DNA from: the human T2T-CHM13v2.0 reference genome, Homo sapiens
DNA length: 64,000 bases
NCBI RefSeq assembly: GCF_009914755.1
Contig: NC_060926.1
Strand: one strand, 5' to 3'
Both the position numbers and the translations under genes were made by a program. The notes under the pieces are model-generated. The model saw only the letters and a program-made list of their open reading frames with translations. It searched no databases and had not been told where the DNA came from. Below are positions 1-13,464 of this stretch, piece by piece. How positions within the stretch are numbered: position 1 is the first letter of the stretch; the number at the start of each line of letters is the position of its first letter.

Positions 1-900
1 AGTCAGGTAATGTGATGCTCTCATATTTGTTTTTTGGTTAGTTTTTGTTTGTTTGTTTTTGCTTCAATCAGGCTCTTTTTTTTTGGTACCATATGAACTT
101 TAGGATTGTTTTTTTCTAGTCTTGTGAAGAATGATGGTGGTATTTTGATGAGAATTGCATTGAGTTTGTAGGTTGCTTTTGGCAGTATCGTCATTTTCAC
201 AATATTGATTCTACCCATTCTTGAGCATGGGATGTGTATCCATTTGTTTGTGTCATCTATGATTTCTTTCAGCAGTGTTTTGCAGTTTTTGTTGTAGAGT
301 TCTTTCACCTCCTTGGTTAGGTATATCCCTAAGTATTTTATTTTCTATTCCAGCTATTGTAAAAAGAGTTGAGTTCTTGATTTGAGTCTCAGCTTGATCG
401 ATGTTGGTGTATAGAAGAGCTACTGATTTGTGTTCATTAATTTGTACCCTGAAAGTTTGCTGAATTCATTTATCAGTTCCAGGAGCTTTTTGGAAGAGTC
501 TTTAGTTTCTTCTAGGTATATGATCATGTTGTCAGCAAACAGCGACAGTTTGACTTCCTCTTTACCAATTTGGATGCCCTTTGTTTCTTTCTCCTGTCTG
601 ATTGTCCTCACTAGGACTTCCAGGACTATGTTGAATAGAAGTGGTAAGAGTGGGCATCCTTGTCTTGTTCCAGTTCTCAGAGGGAATGCTTTCAACTTTT
701 TCACATTCAGTTTTATGCTGGCTGTGGGTTTGTCATAAATGGCTTGGATTGCTTTGAGGTATGTTCCTAGTATGCCAAGTTTGCTGAACGTTTTAATCAT
801 AAAGGGATGCTGGATTTTGCTAAATGCTTTTTCTGCGTCTATTGAGATGATTCTTATTTTTGTTTTTAAGTCTGTTTCTGTGGTGTATCACATGCATTGA
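1..900 (-). mobile_element. L1 (L1PA/PB-type) ORF2 fragment, reverse-transcriptase region, decayed; runs off the window start
   Basis: ORFs 420..800(-) [20 protein letters not shown]...[11 protein letters not shown] and 21..308(-) match L1 ORF2p; frames broken. Confidence 0.93.
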
Positions 901-2914
901 TCTTTTTTGATTTATTTATTCAGTATTTCATGATATTCAGTATACAGTTTATGAATATGTCTTTTTAGTTGGTATATCTCCATATTTCATTCACTTTAGA
1001 GCAATTGTAAATGGTACTGTGCTTTAATTTTGTTTTACATACTTCATTGCTAGTCTGTAGAAATGTGATTGACTGATCCTCCCTGCTGGTGCTGCCAGTC
1101 TCACCTATTGTTTTCACTTGGACTCTTTGACTTAGGAGAGAAATGAGCTCAGCTGATCCACCATCTGTTACTAGGTTGGGAATTGGAAAACACCGGACTT
1201 GGATCACCGTCTTCAATTGGGTGAGTCATAAGGTGGCCTTTCACTATGTTACTTTTCTAGTCCTGGGGTGGCAGACAAGTTTGTTTTCCTCTTCTGCCTT
1301 TTAGAGTTCTCCCTTGGTTGCCTCTTGCTTTATTTATAGTGTTCATTATTGTGTTTAGCTGGGAGGAACAAGGAGAGATGAATCTTCTCTGCCTTGTATA
1401 GATCAGACTAGAATTCATCCTGGGCTTTCTTTATAAAGATTGCTATTTATTCCCTACTGAGTATGATGTCTATATAGAATATAGGGGATGTCAATAAAGA
1501 GTACATTGTTTATGAGAAAGAATAATGGAATTCATATTCTTTCTCAATTCATGTCAAATATTGAGGTATTTGTGGTATGTTTTGTATTTTCTTCTAAAGT
1601 CTACCTAGGACTTTATATTTCTGTCCTGTATTAATTTAGTCTCCTATGCTGATGAAGAAATTAATCCATAGATGTAATGAAAAGCTGCTACCACTGAGCA
1701 GCATCAATACATGTCTGTTTTTCTTTGATGCCTCAATGCCGTTTTGAGAAATATGTTGACTGGAGAATAATCTTCAACCTCCACCTCTGCTTAGCAATTA
1801 TATTCCCCAGGAAAATTTGGAAATAAAGCCATCTGAGACTAGAAAAGTCAATGTGCTCAGTAGCAAGACTCTTCTCCTGCTGCTGGGCCATGTATCTCTT
1901 CTTTCTTTCCTGCCTCTGAGGTGTCAGTCTCTGTACTGGGGGTTGACTGCTTCACTTGCTTTCCTTGTCACTAGGCTCTATTATTTTTGGTACATTTTCC
2001 CTTTGCTACCTCATTGCCCTAAACTGACACTGAGTGCATGTGGTTATGGTTTAATCAAGAATTATAGTATATGAAGTTTGTAAGAATTGCAGAAATTGCC
2101 TCAAGGCCACTGCTGTCATTTTTGCTAATCCTGAGTTTAACTGAAACTCCTCTGCTGTTTCCTCAAAACTTAATGTTTCATTTATACTTTCAAAGACACA
2201 CATAAAAATCAATATTCTGTAGGTTGGTTAGAGGAGAGGGCAGCAGAGATGTATGAATTTCATGATATAATCATAGGCACCTGCATTTGGAAAATGTGGA
2301 GAAAATGCCTGTAGCCTTAAGTTTTGGAGACTTAGATCACTTCCTTCTAATTATTCCCTCTGAAATATGTTTAACACAAAATTGCTTCTTCTAACATTAC
2401 TCATTTTGAATTGTCAATGTCATATCATTGTTGACTTTTTGAGAAATTATGGTAAGATTGGGTCCTTTGTGATATAAATGTTTATACAAACATATTTTGC
2501 CCCTTGTGCCTGGTAATATTGTTAGAACGTTATAGTTTCTCTTATATTCAGGTTACCTAGCCTAGCAATCTGATGACGATCTCACAGGTAAAGAAATCCT
2601 GGGAGACTTAGTCTGGTGATGCTCTGGTTAGACAATAAATGTTTGGAATTCAGTCTTGAAAGCTCTGTAGGATGTTGAAGTCCCTGCTCCTCTTCCTAAG
2701 TCTCGATTCCATACTTGTCTTCATCACACAAATTCATTTTGTTTATTACATGTTCCTTTTGATAATATAATACAGGCACAATTATCTAAAGTTAAGTATT
2801 TTACAATAACTTAGAAGTCAAGTTCTATCCAATAAACAATAAGAAAACTTATTTTAGTGACATGTGGCATCTGACATTTATTGTTGATGTGATGAAATCA
2901 TTATAAATTCATGG

Positions 2915-3205
2915 GACCAGCCAGTGACAGTATCTCACACCTATAATCCCAAAGTTTTGGGAGGTCAAGTCAAGGAGAATCGCTTGAAGCCAGGTGTTTG
3001 AGACCAGCCTGAGCAACATAGCATGACTCCATTTCTACAAAAACAAAAAATTAGCCAGATGTTGTGGCAAATACCTGTAGTCCCAGCTACTCAGGAAGCT
3101 GAGGTGAGAGGATCACTTAAGCCCAGGAGCTTGAGACTACAGTGAGCTAGGATCACACCACTGAACTCCAACCTGTGCAACAGAGCAAGATCCTGGCTCC
3201 AAAAA
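2915..3205 (+). mobile_element. AluJ-type SINE
   Basis: Diverged dimeric Alu; degenerate TSD ATAAATTCATGG/ATATATTGATGG. Confidence 0.9.
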
Positions 3206-3664
3206 CAATATATATTGATGGTACAATTCTCTCTAATCGCAGGTAATGAGGGCTTAGAAATGTAACAAAAATTATTCCAGATCCTATATTTGTTAAAAAA
3301 AATTTCTTAGCAATACAGAAAAGTATGTTCAAGATTATTTAGTTTATTATCTGATTTCAGGTAGGACAATGGAGAATTGTATTAACGAATGTTTTAAAGA
3401 TTTTACAAGGAACACACATCAGGCTTCATCAGCTCACATCAGTACACCTAAAGCAAGCTAGCTTTATAGTCTGTGCATTTATAAATCTGTGTCAGGAAGG
3501 TTGAGAGGTAAAGTATAGATGAGTATATGTATGTGCTTCTTCATGTATGTGACTAAGATTAACATCGGCATATAAATATAAAACAATTCTTCGCCACATT
3601 ATATTTTCTCACAGACATATTATGTTAGAATTTTAATACATGATGGCCCATTGGATTGTCTATT

Positions 3665-3740
3665 TCAGACTTTTCATTTTACGAATAAGAGAACTGAGGC
3701 CCAAATGAGATAAATGACATTACTGAAGCCACAGTCTATT
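3665..3740 (-). mobile_element. MIR core fragment
   Basis: CATTTTACGAATAAGAGAACTGAGGCCCA resembles the MIR core. Confidence 0.55.
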
Positions 3741-3874
3741 CAAATCTGAATTCGCTTAATAATTCACTTAATGTTCATTGGTCAATAAACAATCAACGAA
3801 CTGCTTGGACTTTGGTCCCTTATTTGCAAAGCTGCTGTTATAGATCAGAATAGTGTTTCTTAGAAAAGAAAACA

Positions 3875-4600
3875 ATATTAAATCCTTTTGGCATTCCTCT
3901 TTGGTAGTAATGTCCAAACTTCTTAGCATAGTATAAAATTCTGTCATGGTGTGCTATCTCCCACATCTCTCATTCTGCATTGGCTTTTTTCCCCTTATAT
4001 TTTACATCTCATATCCGGATTTCTGAACCTTGACACTATTGATATTTTGGAGCATACAATTCCTGGTGTGAGGACATGGGGCTGCCCATGCACTGCAGGA
4101 TGCTTAGCAGCATCTCTGTCTTCTATAGATTAAATACCAGTGGCCACCCTGGACCACCCCCAGTTACGACAATCAAAAATGTCTCCAGAGATTCCAAGTG
4201 CCCCTGGGGTCAAGTTAGCCACCACCCGCCCCCGCCACATACACACACACACACTTTTTGAAATATTGCTTTGCATAGGAATCTATGGAATATAATAATT
4301 TAAAACTTTTAGCAAGCCAAGAAATTGTCTTCCAGGATGCTTTTATTCATTCTGCTTCTGTATAGAGCACTTCGATGTCCTTGCCCACCTGAAATATAAA
4401 AACAACTTATATTTCAAGACTGATGCCAACTAATAACCTCCTTCCTGAAGTCTCTTTTTGTATCATTTTCTTAGGAAATGCCTACCTTTCCCTTTTTTGA
4501 AGCATCGGGTTACTTTACGTGAATGTGTAAAATAGAACCCTTGACAGTATTGTACTCATTAGTGAATGTGTGCATCTCACTTTTGAACTGTGAACCAATT
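3875..4600. mobile_element. L2 relic interrupted by MER20
   Basis: L2 3'-region-like motifs (TCCAAACTTCTTAGCATAG; TTCAAGACT...CCTTCCTGAAGTCT) on both sides of the MER20. Confidence 0.45.
4016..4268 (-). mobile_element. MER20 hAT-Charlie DNA transposon
   Basis: TTTCTGAACCTTGACACTATTGATATTTTGG...AATCAAAAATGTCTCCAGAG...CCCCTGGGG is the reverse complement of the MER20 consensus. Confidence 0.85.
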
Positions 4601-5269
4601 AACAGACCATTCAAATTCATCAGAAAATCCCATGCAATGCCTTCTCTATAAGTTCAGATTTCAAGGGATATCCTCAGAATTAGTTAGTGAGTGCAGGAGT
4701 AAGTTAGTAGATTAATGGAATGAACCAGTGAGTGAACAATTGCTCTATGTAGCTCACTTAACATATGTAAAATTTAGGTTTCGTTAAACAAAATGTTTTT
4801 CACTAAATTACCAACTAAATAAAAATCGAATACCTTATGTAAAAATGAATCATGGAAGTAACTCTTGAGCCTGACTGGCAAAACAATATGCTTCTTTCAC
4901 CCTGTGAAGGCCTAGTTCCGTCTATTCTACCCCAATTCTATCAGACATCAGATATGTTATATCTCTTACATTCTTACTTAAATACTGGTTAAAAAATTTT
5001 TGTGAAAGCCAAAATGTAACCGGTATAAGCAACATTTTCTCCAGGAGTTTGCTGGAAAAAAAATATGCATTTCAAGCTGTACAACACTCCACCTCTTAAC
5101 CTGTACAAAAGATAATGAGGGACTCTCTATGTAATATAGCCATATTGATAATTACATCTTTCCCTTGCTTTGATTAACCTAATATAAATTTCATCCCAAT
5201 AACCCTGGGGCAATTTTCAGTACTTCACTAAATGCTTAAAAATAACTACTAATAAAATCATTTTAAAAG

Positions 5270-5425
5270 GACTATGGAATTCTAGAACTGCCAGCATCTT
5301 AGAGCTCATTTAGACTGACACTGACATTGCTGATGAAGAAGCTGAAACCCCCCAAAATAAAAGGACTTGCTCACGTGGGGCCATCAGATAGTGGCAATCT
5401 CAAGACTCTAGTCAAAATCTGCAGT
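5270..5425 (-). mobile_element. MIR fragment
   Basis: GATGAAGAAGCTGAAACCC...GGACTTGCTCACG...TAGTGGCA, MIR core-like. Confidence 0.45.
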
Positions 5426-5488
5426 TTCAGCTTAGCAGGAGGATGTGTTAAGTTGTTGAGAGAAACAAACACAATTAAAAGTGGTTTA

Positions 5489-5776
<288 letters not shown>

Positions 5777-6609
5777 GTCTTCAAACTTTTAAATTGAAAA
5801 AATTTAAAACATATAAAGGCCAATTAAAAGAGAAAGTAAGTAAGTTAATGAAGTAGACTGGAAATTCACTGGAGAAAGTGGAAATGAAAAGACATGAAAT
5901 AGAAATAGAAAAAAAAAGAGGTTAGTTAAGAAGTGAGATAAAGTGAAAAAAAAAAAGAGAGAAACACACAGGCAGTAATGGGTCACCAAAAAAACAGAAA
6001 CATTGTTTTCGTAGGAAAGAAAACAGAAGTCGTTTTTCTGGCTTTATCCCAGCTGATCGCTGAACCATATTTAGAAAATTGCTTCCTATTATTATCATTT
6101 GTCCACGTGCCCACCATATATTTAACTAACACTAAGAGATGTCTAAACTCTCCATATTTCCTTCTGTGGACACTACTCCCAACAGCTCAGCCAGGGCAAG
6201 TCACCTGAAGGGGAAGGTTTTTCCCTACTCTTTAGAAACAGGCTGCTAAATTAAAGCCAGTTTTCCCCTCTGGCCACAGGTTTCCCTTCAGTAATTTACA
6301 TGAACCAGTGAATCTGATACTTGATTTAGATCATTTTACTGTCCTGATTTATCTTTTTCTTTAAATTGTTTTGTCAGCAATTTAAACATGATCAACACAT
6401 TTCACACTGCTCAGTACTTAAAGGGATCGAGGAAACGTTATACAAAAAGACCGTTGAATTATTACTCTCCACATTCTTCAAGGGCAAAAACTCCGTCCAT
6501 TATTTTTAATTTTCCAAAGTTCTGAGCAAATAGTATGCACTTATTAAATATTAGTTAAATATGTTAATTAAAAAGTGTATTTTTTCAAAACAATATTTTG
6601 GTTATTTTT

Positions 6610-7811
6610 TTCTTTCAAAATTTTATTTTATGTATTTCAATAGGTTTCTGGGGAAAAGGTAGTGTTTGGTTACATGAATAAGTTCTTTAGTGGTGATTTC
6701 TGAGATTTTAGTGCACCCATAACCAGAGCAGTGAACACGGTACCCAATGTATAGTCTTTTATCCCTCATCCCTGCTCCCATCTTTTCCCCCAAGTCCCCA
6801 GAGTCCTATGCCCTTGCTTCCTCATAGCTTAGCTCCCACTTATGAGTGAGAACACACATTGTTTGGTTTTCCATTCCTGAGTTACTTTACTGAGAATAAT
6901 GGTCCCCAATTCCACCCAGGTTGCTGCAAATGCCATTATTTTGTTCTTTTTCATGGCTGAGTAGTATTCTCTGTTGTATATATACCACAATTTCTTTATC
7001 CACTGTTGATTGATGAGCATTTGGGCTGGTTTCATATTTTTACAATTGTGTATTATGCTGCTATAAACATACGTGTGTAAGTATCTTTTTCATATAATGA
7101 TTTATTTTCTTCTGGGTACACACCCCGTATTGGGATTGCTGGATCAAATGGTAGTACTACTTTTAGCTCTTTAAGGAATCTCCACACTGTTTTCCATAGT
7201 GGTTGTACTAGCTTACATTCATCCACCAGCAGTGTAAAAGTGTTCCTTTTTCACCACATCCATGCCAACATCTATTATTTTGTTATTATGGCTATTCTTG
7301 CAGGAGTAAGTTATTGCATTGTGGTTTTGATTTGCATTTCTCTGATAATGAGTGATGTTGAGCATTTTTTTAATGTGTTTGTTGGCCATTTGTATAGCTT
7401 CTTTTGAGAATTGCCTATTGTTGTCCTTAGCCCACTTTTTGATGGGATTTTTTTTTCTTGCTTTGTTTGAGTTCCTTGTAGATTCTGGATATTAGTCCTT
7501 TGTCAGATGTACAGATTGTGAAGATTTTCTCCCATGCTTTGGGTTGTCTGTTTACTCTGCTGATTGTTTCTTTTGCTGTGCAGAAGCTTTTTGGTTTAAG
7601 TCCCATCTATTTATCTTTGTTTCTGTTGCATTTGCTTTGGGGTTCTTGGTCATGAACTCTTTGGCAAGGCACATGTAGAAAAACGAAACTGGAAACTCAT
7701 CTCTAACCTCATACAAAAATCATCTCAAGACGGATCAAGGACTTAAACCTAAGACCTGAAACCATAAGAACTCTAGAAGATAATGTTTAAAAAGCCCTTC
7801 TAGACATTGGC
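6610..7811 (-). mobile_element. 5'-truncated L1PB-type element with 5' inversion (7670-7811 inverted)
   Basis: 3'UTR plus ORF2 end on -, then upstream ORF2 sequence on +; 16-bp TSD TATTTTGGTTATTTTT at 6594-6609 and 7812-7827. Confidence 0.92.
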
Positions 7812-8017
7812 TATTTTGGTTATTTTTAAACATGCATATAGAGACATTCAGTTTAGACTTACAAAGTCTCACGCATTTTTCTATATGTGTTTTAGTACTC
7901 AAAGGGAGTATAGTTGAAACAATAGGTTTCTATCTAGTTTATTTCAGAGAAAATGTTGATATTTCAAGTCAATTTATTCAACTGTTTTATCATGCTTGGT
8001 GAAACAATGAATACATT

Positions 8018-10187
8018 TCTTTTTTAAGTATTTTTGTTCTTAACTGTCACATAATAATTATACATATTTATGGGCTATGGTGTGAAGTTTCAGTATATGT
8101 ATACATTGTGTAATGATCAATTCAGGGTAATTAGCATATCCATCACCCAAACACTTGTCATTTCTTTGTAGTGAAAACATTCAAAATCCTTTTTTCTAGC
8201 TATTTTGAAATACACAATGGATTATTGTTAAATATAGTCATTCTACTGTGCAATAGAAAACCAAAAATTATTCCTCCAATCTAACTGTAAACTTGTACCC
8301 ATTGACAGAGCTCTCCCCAAGCCCCGCTCCCTCTTTTCCTTCCCAGTCTCTGATACCCACTATTCTACTCTCTAGTTCTGTGAGATCAACTTTGTAAAAT
8401 TTCACATGTAAGTGAGATCATGCAGTATTTGTCCTTCTGTGTATGGGTAATGTCAATTATCATCATGTCTCTAGGTTCATCCATGTTGTTGCAAATGACA
8501 AGCTTTCATCCATTTTTATGCCTGAATATTATTTTATTTTGTATATATACCACATTTTATTATCCATTCATCATCTAATGTCCAGTAATGGACGTTAGGT
8601 TTATTGCATATCTTGGTTATTGTGAATATTGTTGCAATAAACATGAGAGTTCAAATATCTCTTTGATATGTTGACCTCATTTCCTTTGGATATATATCCC
8701 AACTGAGATTATTTGATCATATGGTAGCTCTAAGTTTAATTTTTTGAGAAACCTCTATATTGTTGTACAGAATGGCTGTACTAATTTACATTCTCACCAA
8801 CCATGTATAAGAGTTCTTCTTTCTCCACATTCTTGCCCCATTTATTACTTTTGCCTTATGGATAATAACCATTCTAACTTCGGTGAGGGGATATCTCATT
8901 GTGGTTTTAATTTTCATTTCCTTGATGATTAACAATATTGGGCACCTTTTCATATACCTGTTGGCCATTTTAAATGTCTTCTTTGAGAAATGTCTATTTA
9001 GATCTTTTGCTCATTTTTAATTGGATTATTTGTTGATTTTTGTGTGTGTGTTTCTATAGAGTTGTTTGAGTTCTGGATATTAATCCCTTATCAGATGCAC
9101 AGTTTGTAAATATTTCCTCTCATTTGTAGGTTGTCTCTTCACTCTGTTGACAGTTTTCTTTTCTGTGCAGAAGCATTTTAGTTTGATGTAATCCCATTAG
9201 TCCATATTTGCTTTTGTTGCCTGTGCTTTTGAGGTCTTATCCAAAAAGCACTTGCCCAGGCCAATGTTATAAAGTGTTTCACATATGTTTTCTTCCAGTA
9301 GTTTCATAGTTTTGGGTCTTATATTTTAATCTTTAATCTGTTTTTGCATTGATTTTTGTAAGGGATGAGAACTAATTTCATTAAGGCCTAATTTAATTCT
9401 TCGAATATGGATATCCAATTTTACCAGCACTATTTATTGAAAGGACTGTCCTTTCCCTAATGTGTATTCTTGGCACCTTTGTCAAAAACTGGTTGACTAT
9501 AAATGTGTAGATATATTCCTGTTCTCTATTCTGTTCCATTGGTCCATGTGTCTGTTTTTATGCAAGTACCATGAGGTTTTGGTTATGCTTGCTATCTAGA
9601 GTATTTTAAAGTCAGGTAGTATGATGACTCCAGGTTAGTTCTTTTATAAAGCTTGTTTTGGCTATTCAGGGTCTTTTGTGGTTTCATACCAATTTTAGAT
9701 TTTTTTTCTATTTCTAGGAAAATGTCATTGGTATTTTGATAGGGACTGTGTATTGCTTTGGGTAGTACAGACATTTTAACAATATTAATTCTTCTGGTCT
9801 GTGAACATGGGACATCTTTTCATTTATTAATGTCCACTTCAATTTAGTTCATCAATTTTTTATCGTTTTAATTGTAGAGATCTTTCACCTCCTTGGTTAA
9901 ATGTATTTGTAGGGTTTGGGGTAGCTATTTTAATTGGATTGCTTTCTTGATTTTTTTTTTTAGATAGTTCACCATTGGCATATAAAAGTGCTACTGAATT
10001 TTGTTTGCTTTTTTGTATGCTGAAATTTTACTGAATTTGTTTATTAGTATAATAGGTTTTTTTGGTGGAGTATGTAGGATTCGCTATATAAGATTATGTC
10101 ATCTGCAAACAGGGACAATTTGTCTTCCTCCTTTCCGATGTCAATTCCTTTATTCCTTTCTCATGCCTAGTTGCTCTGGCTAGTACT
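8018..10187 (-). mobile_element. L1MA-type element, 5'-truncated
   Basis: L1MA-type 3'UTR (AAAACATTCAAAATCC...CTAGCTATTTTGAAATA) followed by decayed ORF2; ORF 8786..8968(-) is ORF2p C-terminal-like. Confidence 0.88.
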
Positions 10188-10934
10188 CACTGATAAGATT
10201 TCTATTTAGCCTATTTTAGTGAGAACTTTGATGTCTAAAGGTGCTTATCAGTATATTGGAAATACATAACGAAAGCTCCAGGAATTTAAAGCCCTCTGGG
10301 CAACCTGTATCATAGGGAAAAAAGAAAAAACCTACAGTATTTCAATAAAATTTTAATTCTAATGCAATTGAGCCTCTTTGCCTAAAAATCCAACTTTAAA
10401 CTTGACATTTCAGAGTTATTATAGTGCATTAATCTTTGTTTCCTTCTAATTGCCAAAGACACAAATGAATAGTTAGAGGGCGGACTTTGAAGACCAAATT
10501 CTGCACAGATAGGCTTTGACTGAATGGGATTTGAGTAAGAGGTCCACAGCCTCTTCCCAAAACAGCTCTTGAAAGTGGGCAGCTGTGTCTGTTGTGGGCC
10601 TGTCACTGAGGGCATTTTTATTGATCTAGAGCATTCCTCTTTGGAAGTAAACTTGGAAGAAATAGCTGGCTTCACCACCGAGAACAGTTATTCATCCACT
10701 AAACAGTTGATTTATGTTTTATTGTATGATACCAGTGAAAAAAAAGTAAGTGATCTGCTCCTTATGTTGGTTCTGGAAACACTTAGTATCAAAACTACCA
10801 TTCACATATAGACAAAGGATAGGTATATACATTAAAACACATTCTTAATGTCACAAATATTCTCATCCATGACTTTTGTATTACTTTTAGTATATGGTTG
10901 TATTTCACAGAGTTTTGTAATAATTTTTAAAATA

Positions 10935-11190
10935 CACATAAATGCTTATGTAACACCATGTGTCAAATATTAATGTAAAAATGGTTCTTCCATTATCTCA
11001 TCTAATCTTTACAACAAGGTTTTTAGGAAGACAGAATATTTACCTCATGTTCACGGGAAATCTAAGGGCCAGAGAACAAAGTAACTTGCCATGGATTGTA
11101 TAGCTAGAAAAAAAAAGAAAAAACAGAGACAGGGTTTGATCCATCATTCTGGTTCTGAAGTTCATGCTCTGAGTCGCTAGATTCTGCTGC
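10935..11190 (-). mobile_element. MIR, near full length
   Basis: ATTATCTCATCTAATCTTTACAAC...AAGTAACTTGCC...CAGGGTTTGATCC...GTTCATGCTCT. Confidence 0.7.
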
Positions 11191-13320
11191 CCTATGGTGT
11201 GCTAGACACTGTAGAATCTACTTCTTTAAATTTATCTTAAATGAAGTAGAATTCAGAGAAGTAAATGAGTAGGCTGAGATTACCAGGTGTCTGTGACTTA
11301 GTGCATAGAAACACCTGGCCATTTGCATTCCATTGTTTCTCTAGGTATGTTTTTTAATGCCCATTAGTCAAGCCACCGTAGAATTTAAAAATTTTTGTGC
11401 CGTTTCTCACATTTTAATGTGTATTGCACAAAAAATACTTTCTAATTGAATTCTCACAGCTTTGTAATAGCTTTAATCTTTAACTTGATTTTAGCTCTTC
11501 TGTAGAGGAGGGCCTTAACCTTAATTTCTGGGTCTTAGTATTGCTATATCAGACTTTTCATCTACCTGTATGATGAATTTCATCTTAGTACTCATTGACT
11601 TCCTTGTGTGAACACATATATGTTGATTGATTGAGATTATACTGGCCCCAATATTCTATACCAAAAGTTAATTAACTTAGTTTACATCAATATTTGTGAA
11701 ATAATTTAAATATTGATGCTTAATGACTTTAGTTAATATGAGCATCTGTCAATTTTGCAATGGAGATTTTTCTCTTTCCTAAAAACTCAAACCAGAAAGA
11801 AAAATTTTCCTACTTTTCTAAGCTGTTGTTTAACGAACATCTTTATCAAATAAGTTTGACTCTCATTTAGAGTTTATTTTGTTTTCTTTTTCATTTCTAT
11901 TCATTACAAAAGTTAAATTACAGCCACAAAGCTGTAGGCATTTTGCTAGTCATTGATGATACAGAACTGAAAAGAATATATCCCTACTGAGGAGCTGAGA
12001 AGGTATTTCTGGTAAAAGGCAGTGAAATGCATAGGTGCCTGGAAGTTACTGAGTGTCTATAGAATAGGCATTTGAAAGTGCTGTTCATCATATATGTGAA
12101 TGAATAATTCACATATACATAGATGGCTATGGACACATACAGGAAAATAATTTGAATTGTTCTTTGAAGGACTGAATAGGAATTAATAGAAGTTGTGGTG
12201 TTTGACTGAACAGTCCAAACAGTTTACAATTAAGGCTCTCAACCCAAAGCCATGATTCCCCACTTTTATGAATACATTCTACAAGAAATTCCATAAGCCA
12301 TCTCTACTAGCTTCTCAGTACTCTTAACATTTTTTAATTGTGGGAAAATACACGTAAAATCTACCATTTCAACAATTCTGAGGTATACAATTTGGTGGCA
12401 TTAAGAAAATGTATAATGCTCTTTAATGATTACCAATATATATTTCCAGAATATTTTTGTCAACTCAAATTATTATCTACCCATTAAGCAATAACTCTTT
12501 TTCCCTCTCCCAGTCCCTGGTAAACTCTCTTCTACTTTATTCTACTATCTGTTGCTATGAATTTGCTTGCTATAGATTCTAAATACATATAGCATCACAA
12601 CAATATTTGTTCTTTTGTGTCTGGGTTATTTCACTTATCCTGTCATTTTCAATATCCATTCATATCATAGCCTGTATCAAAATTGCACCCATTTTTCAGG
12701 GTTTAATAACATTTGATGGTATGTATATATATACCACATTTGTTTATCCATTTATCTGCCGAAGGACACTTTGTTATTTACAACTTTTTGTTATTATAAT
12801 TAAGGCTGCTATAAGCATTAGTGTATAATTATCTGTTTGAGTTCCTTTTTTCAATTCTTTGGAGTGTATACCTAGGAGTAGAACTGCTAAATAGTATGAT
12901 AAATCTATGTTCAACTATTTTAGAAACTGCCAAACTGTTTCCCATGGCAACTATACCATTTTGCATTTCTGAGCAGCAATGTACAAGTGTCCCAATTCCT
13001 CCACAGACTTTCCAACACTTGTTATGAATTTACTAATTAAAATTAAATAATTAATTTATGATTTAATGGCCATTCTAATTAGTATAGAGTGGTACTTGCT
13101 TGTAGCTTTGATTTGTATTTCCTTAATGACTAATAATGTTTAACATCTTTACATGTGCTTATTGGCCATTCGTATATCTTCTTTGGAGAAATGTCTACTC
13201 AAGTCCTTTTTCCATTTTTGAATTGGACTGGTATTTTTTATTGTTGAGTTTTAAGAGTTTTTTAAGCATCCTATCTATTCATTTATTATAAGAAACATCA
13301 TTTGAAAATATTTTCTCACA

Positions 13321-13464
13321 GGGTCTCTTTGTTCCGAGCCCTCCTCCCTCTGTCTCTGTACGGGGAAGGTGTTTTCTTCTTTTCTTCTTTCTTTCTTCTT
13401 TCTTGCCTATTAAACTCTTTGCTCCTTAAAACCAAAATAAGAAAGAAAAAAAAAAAAGAAAAGG
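13321..13464 (+). pseudogene. Processed retrocopy of the 3' end of an LTR-terminated transcript (ERV LTR fragment plus poly(A))
   Basis: LTR-like TTTCTTGCCTATTAAACTCTTTGCTCCTTAAAACC, ATTAAA at 13409-13414, A-tail from 13434, TSD AAATATTTTCTC(A/T)CA at 13306-13320 and 13465-13479. Confidence 0.75.
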
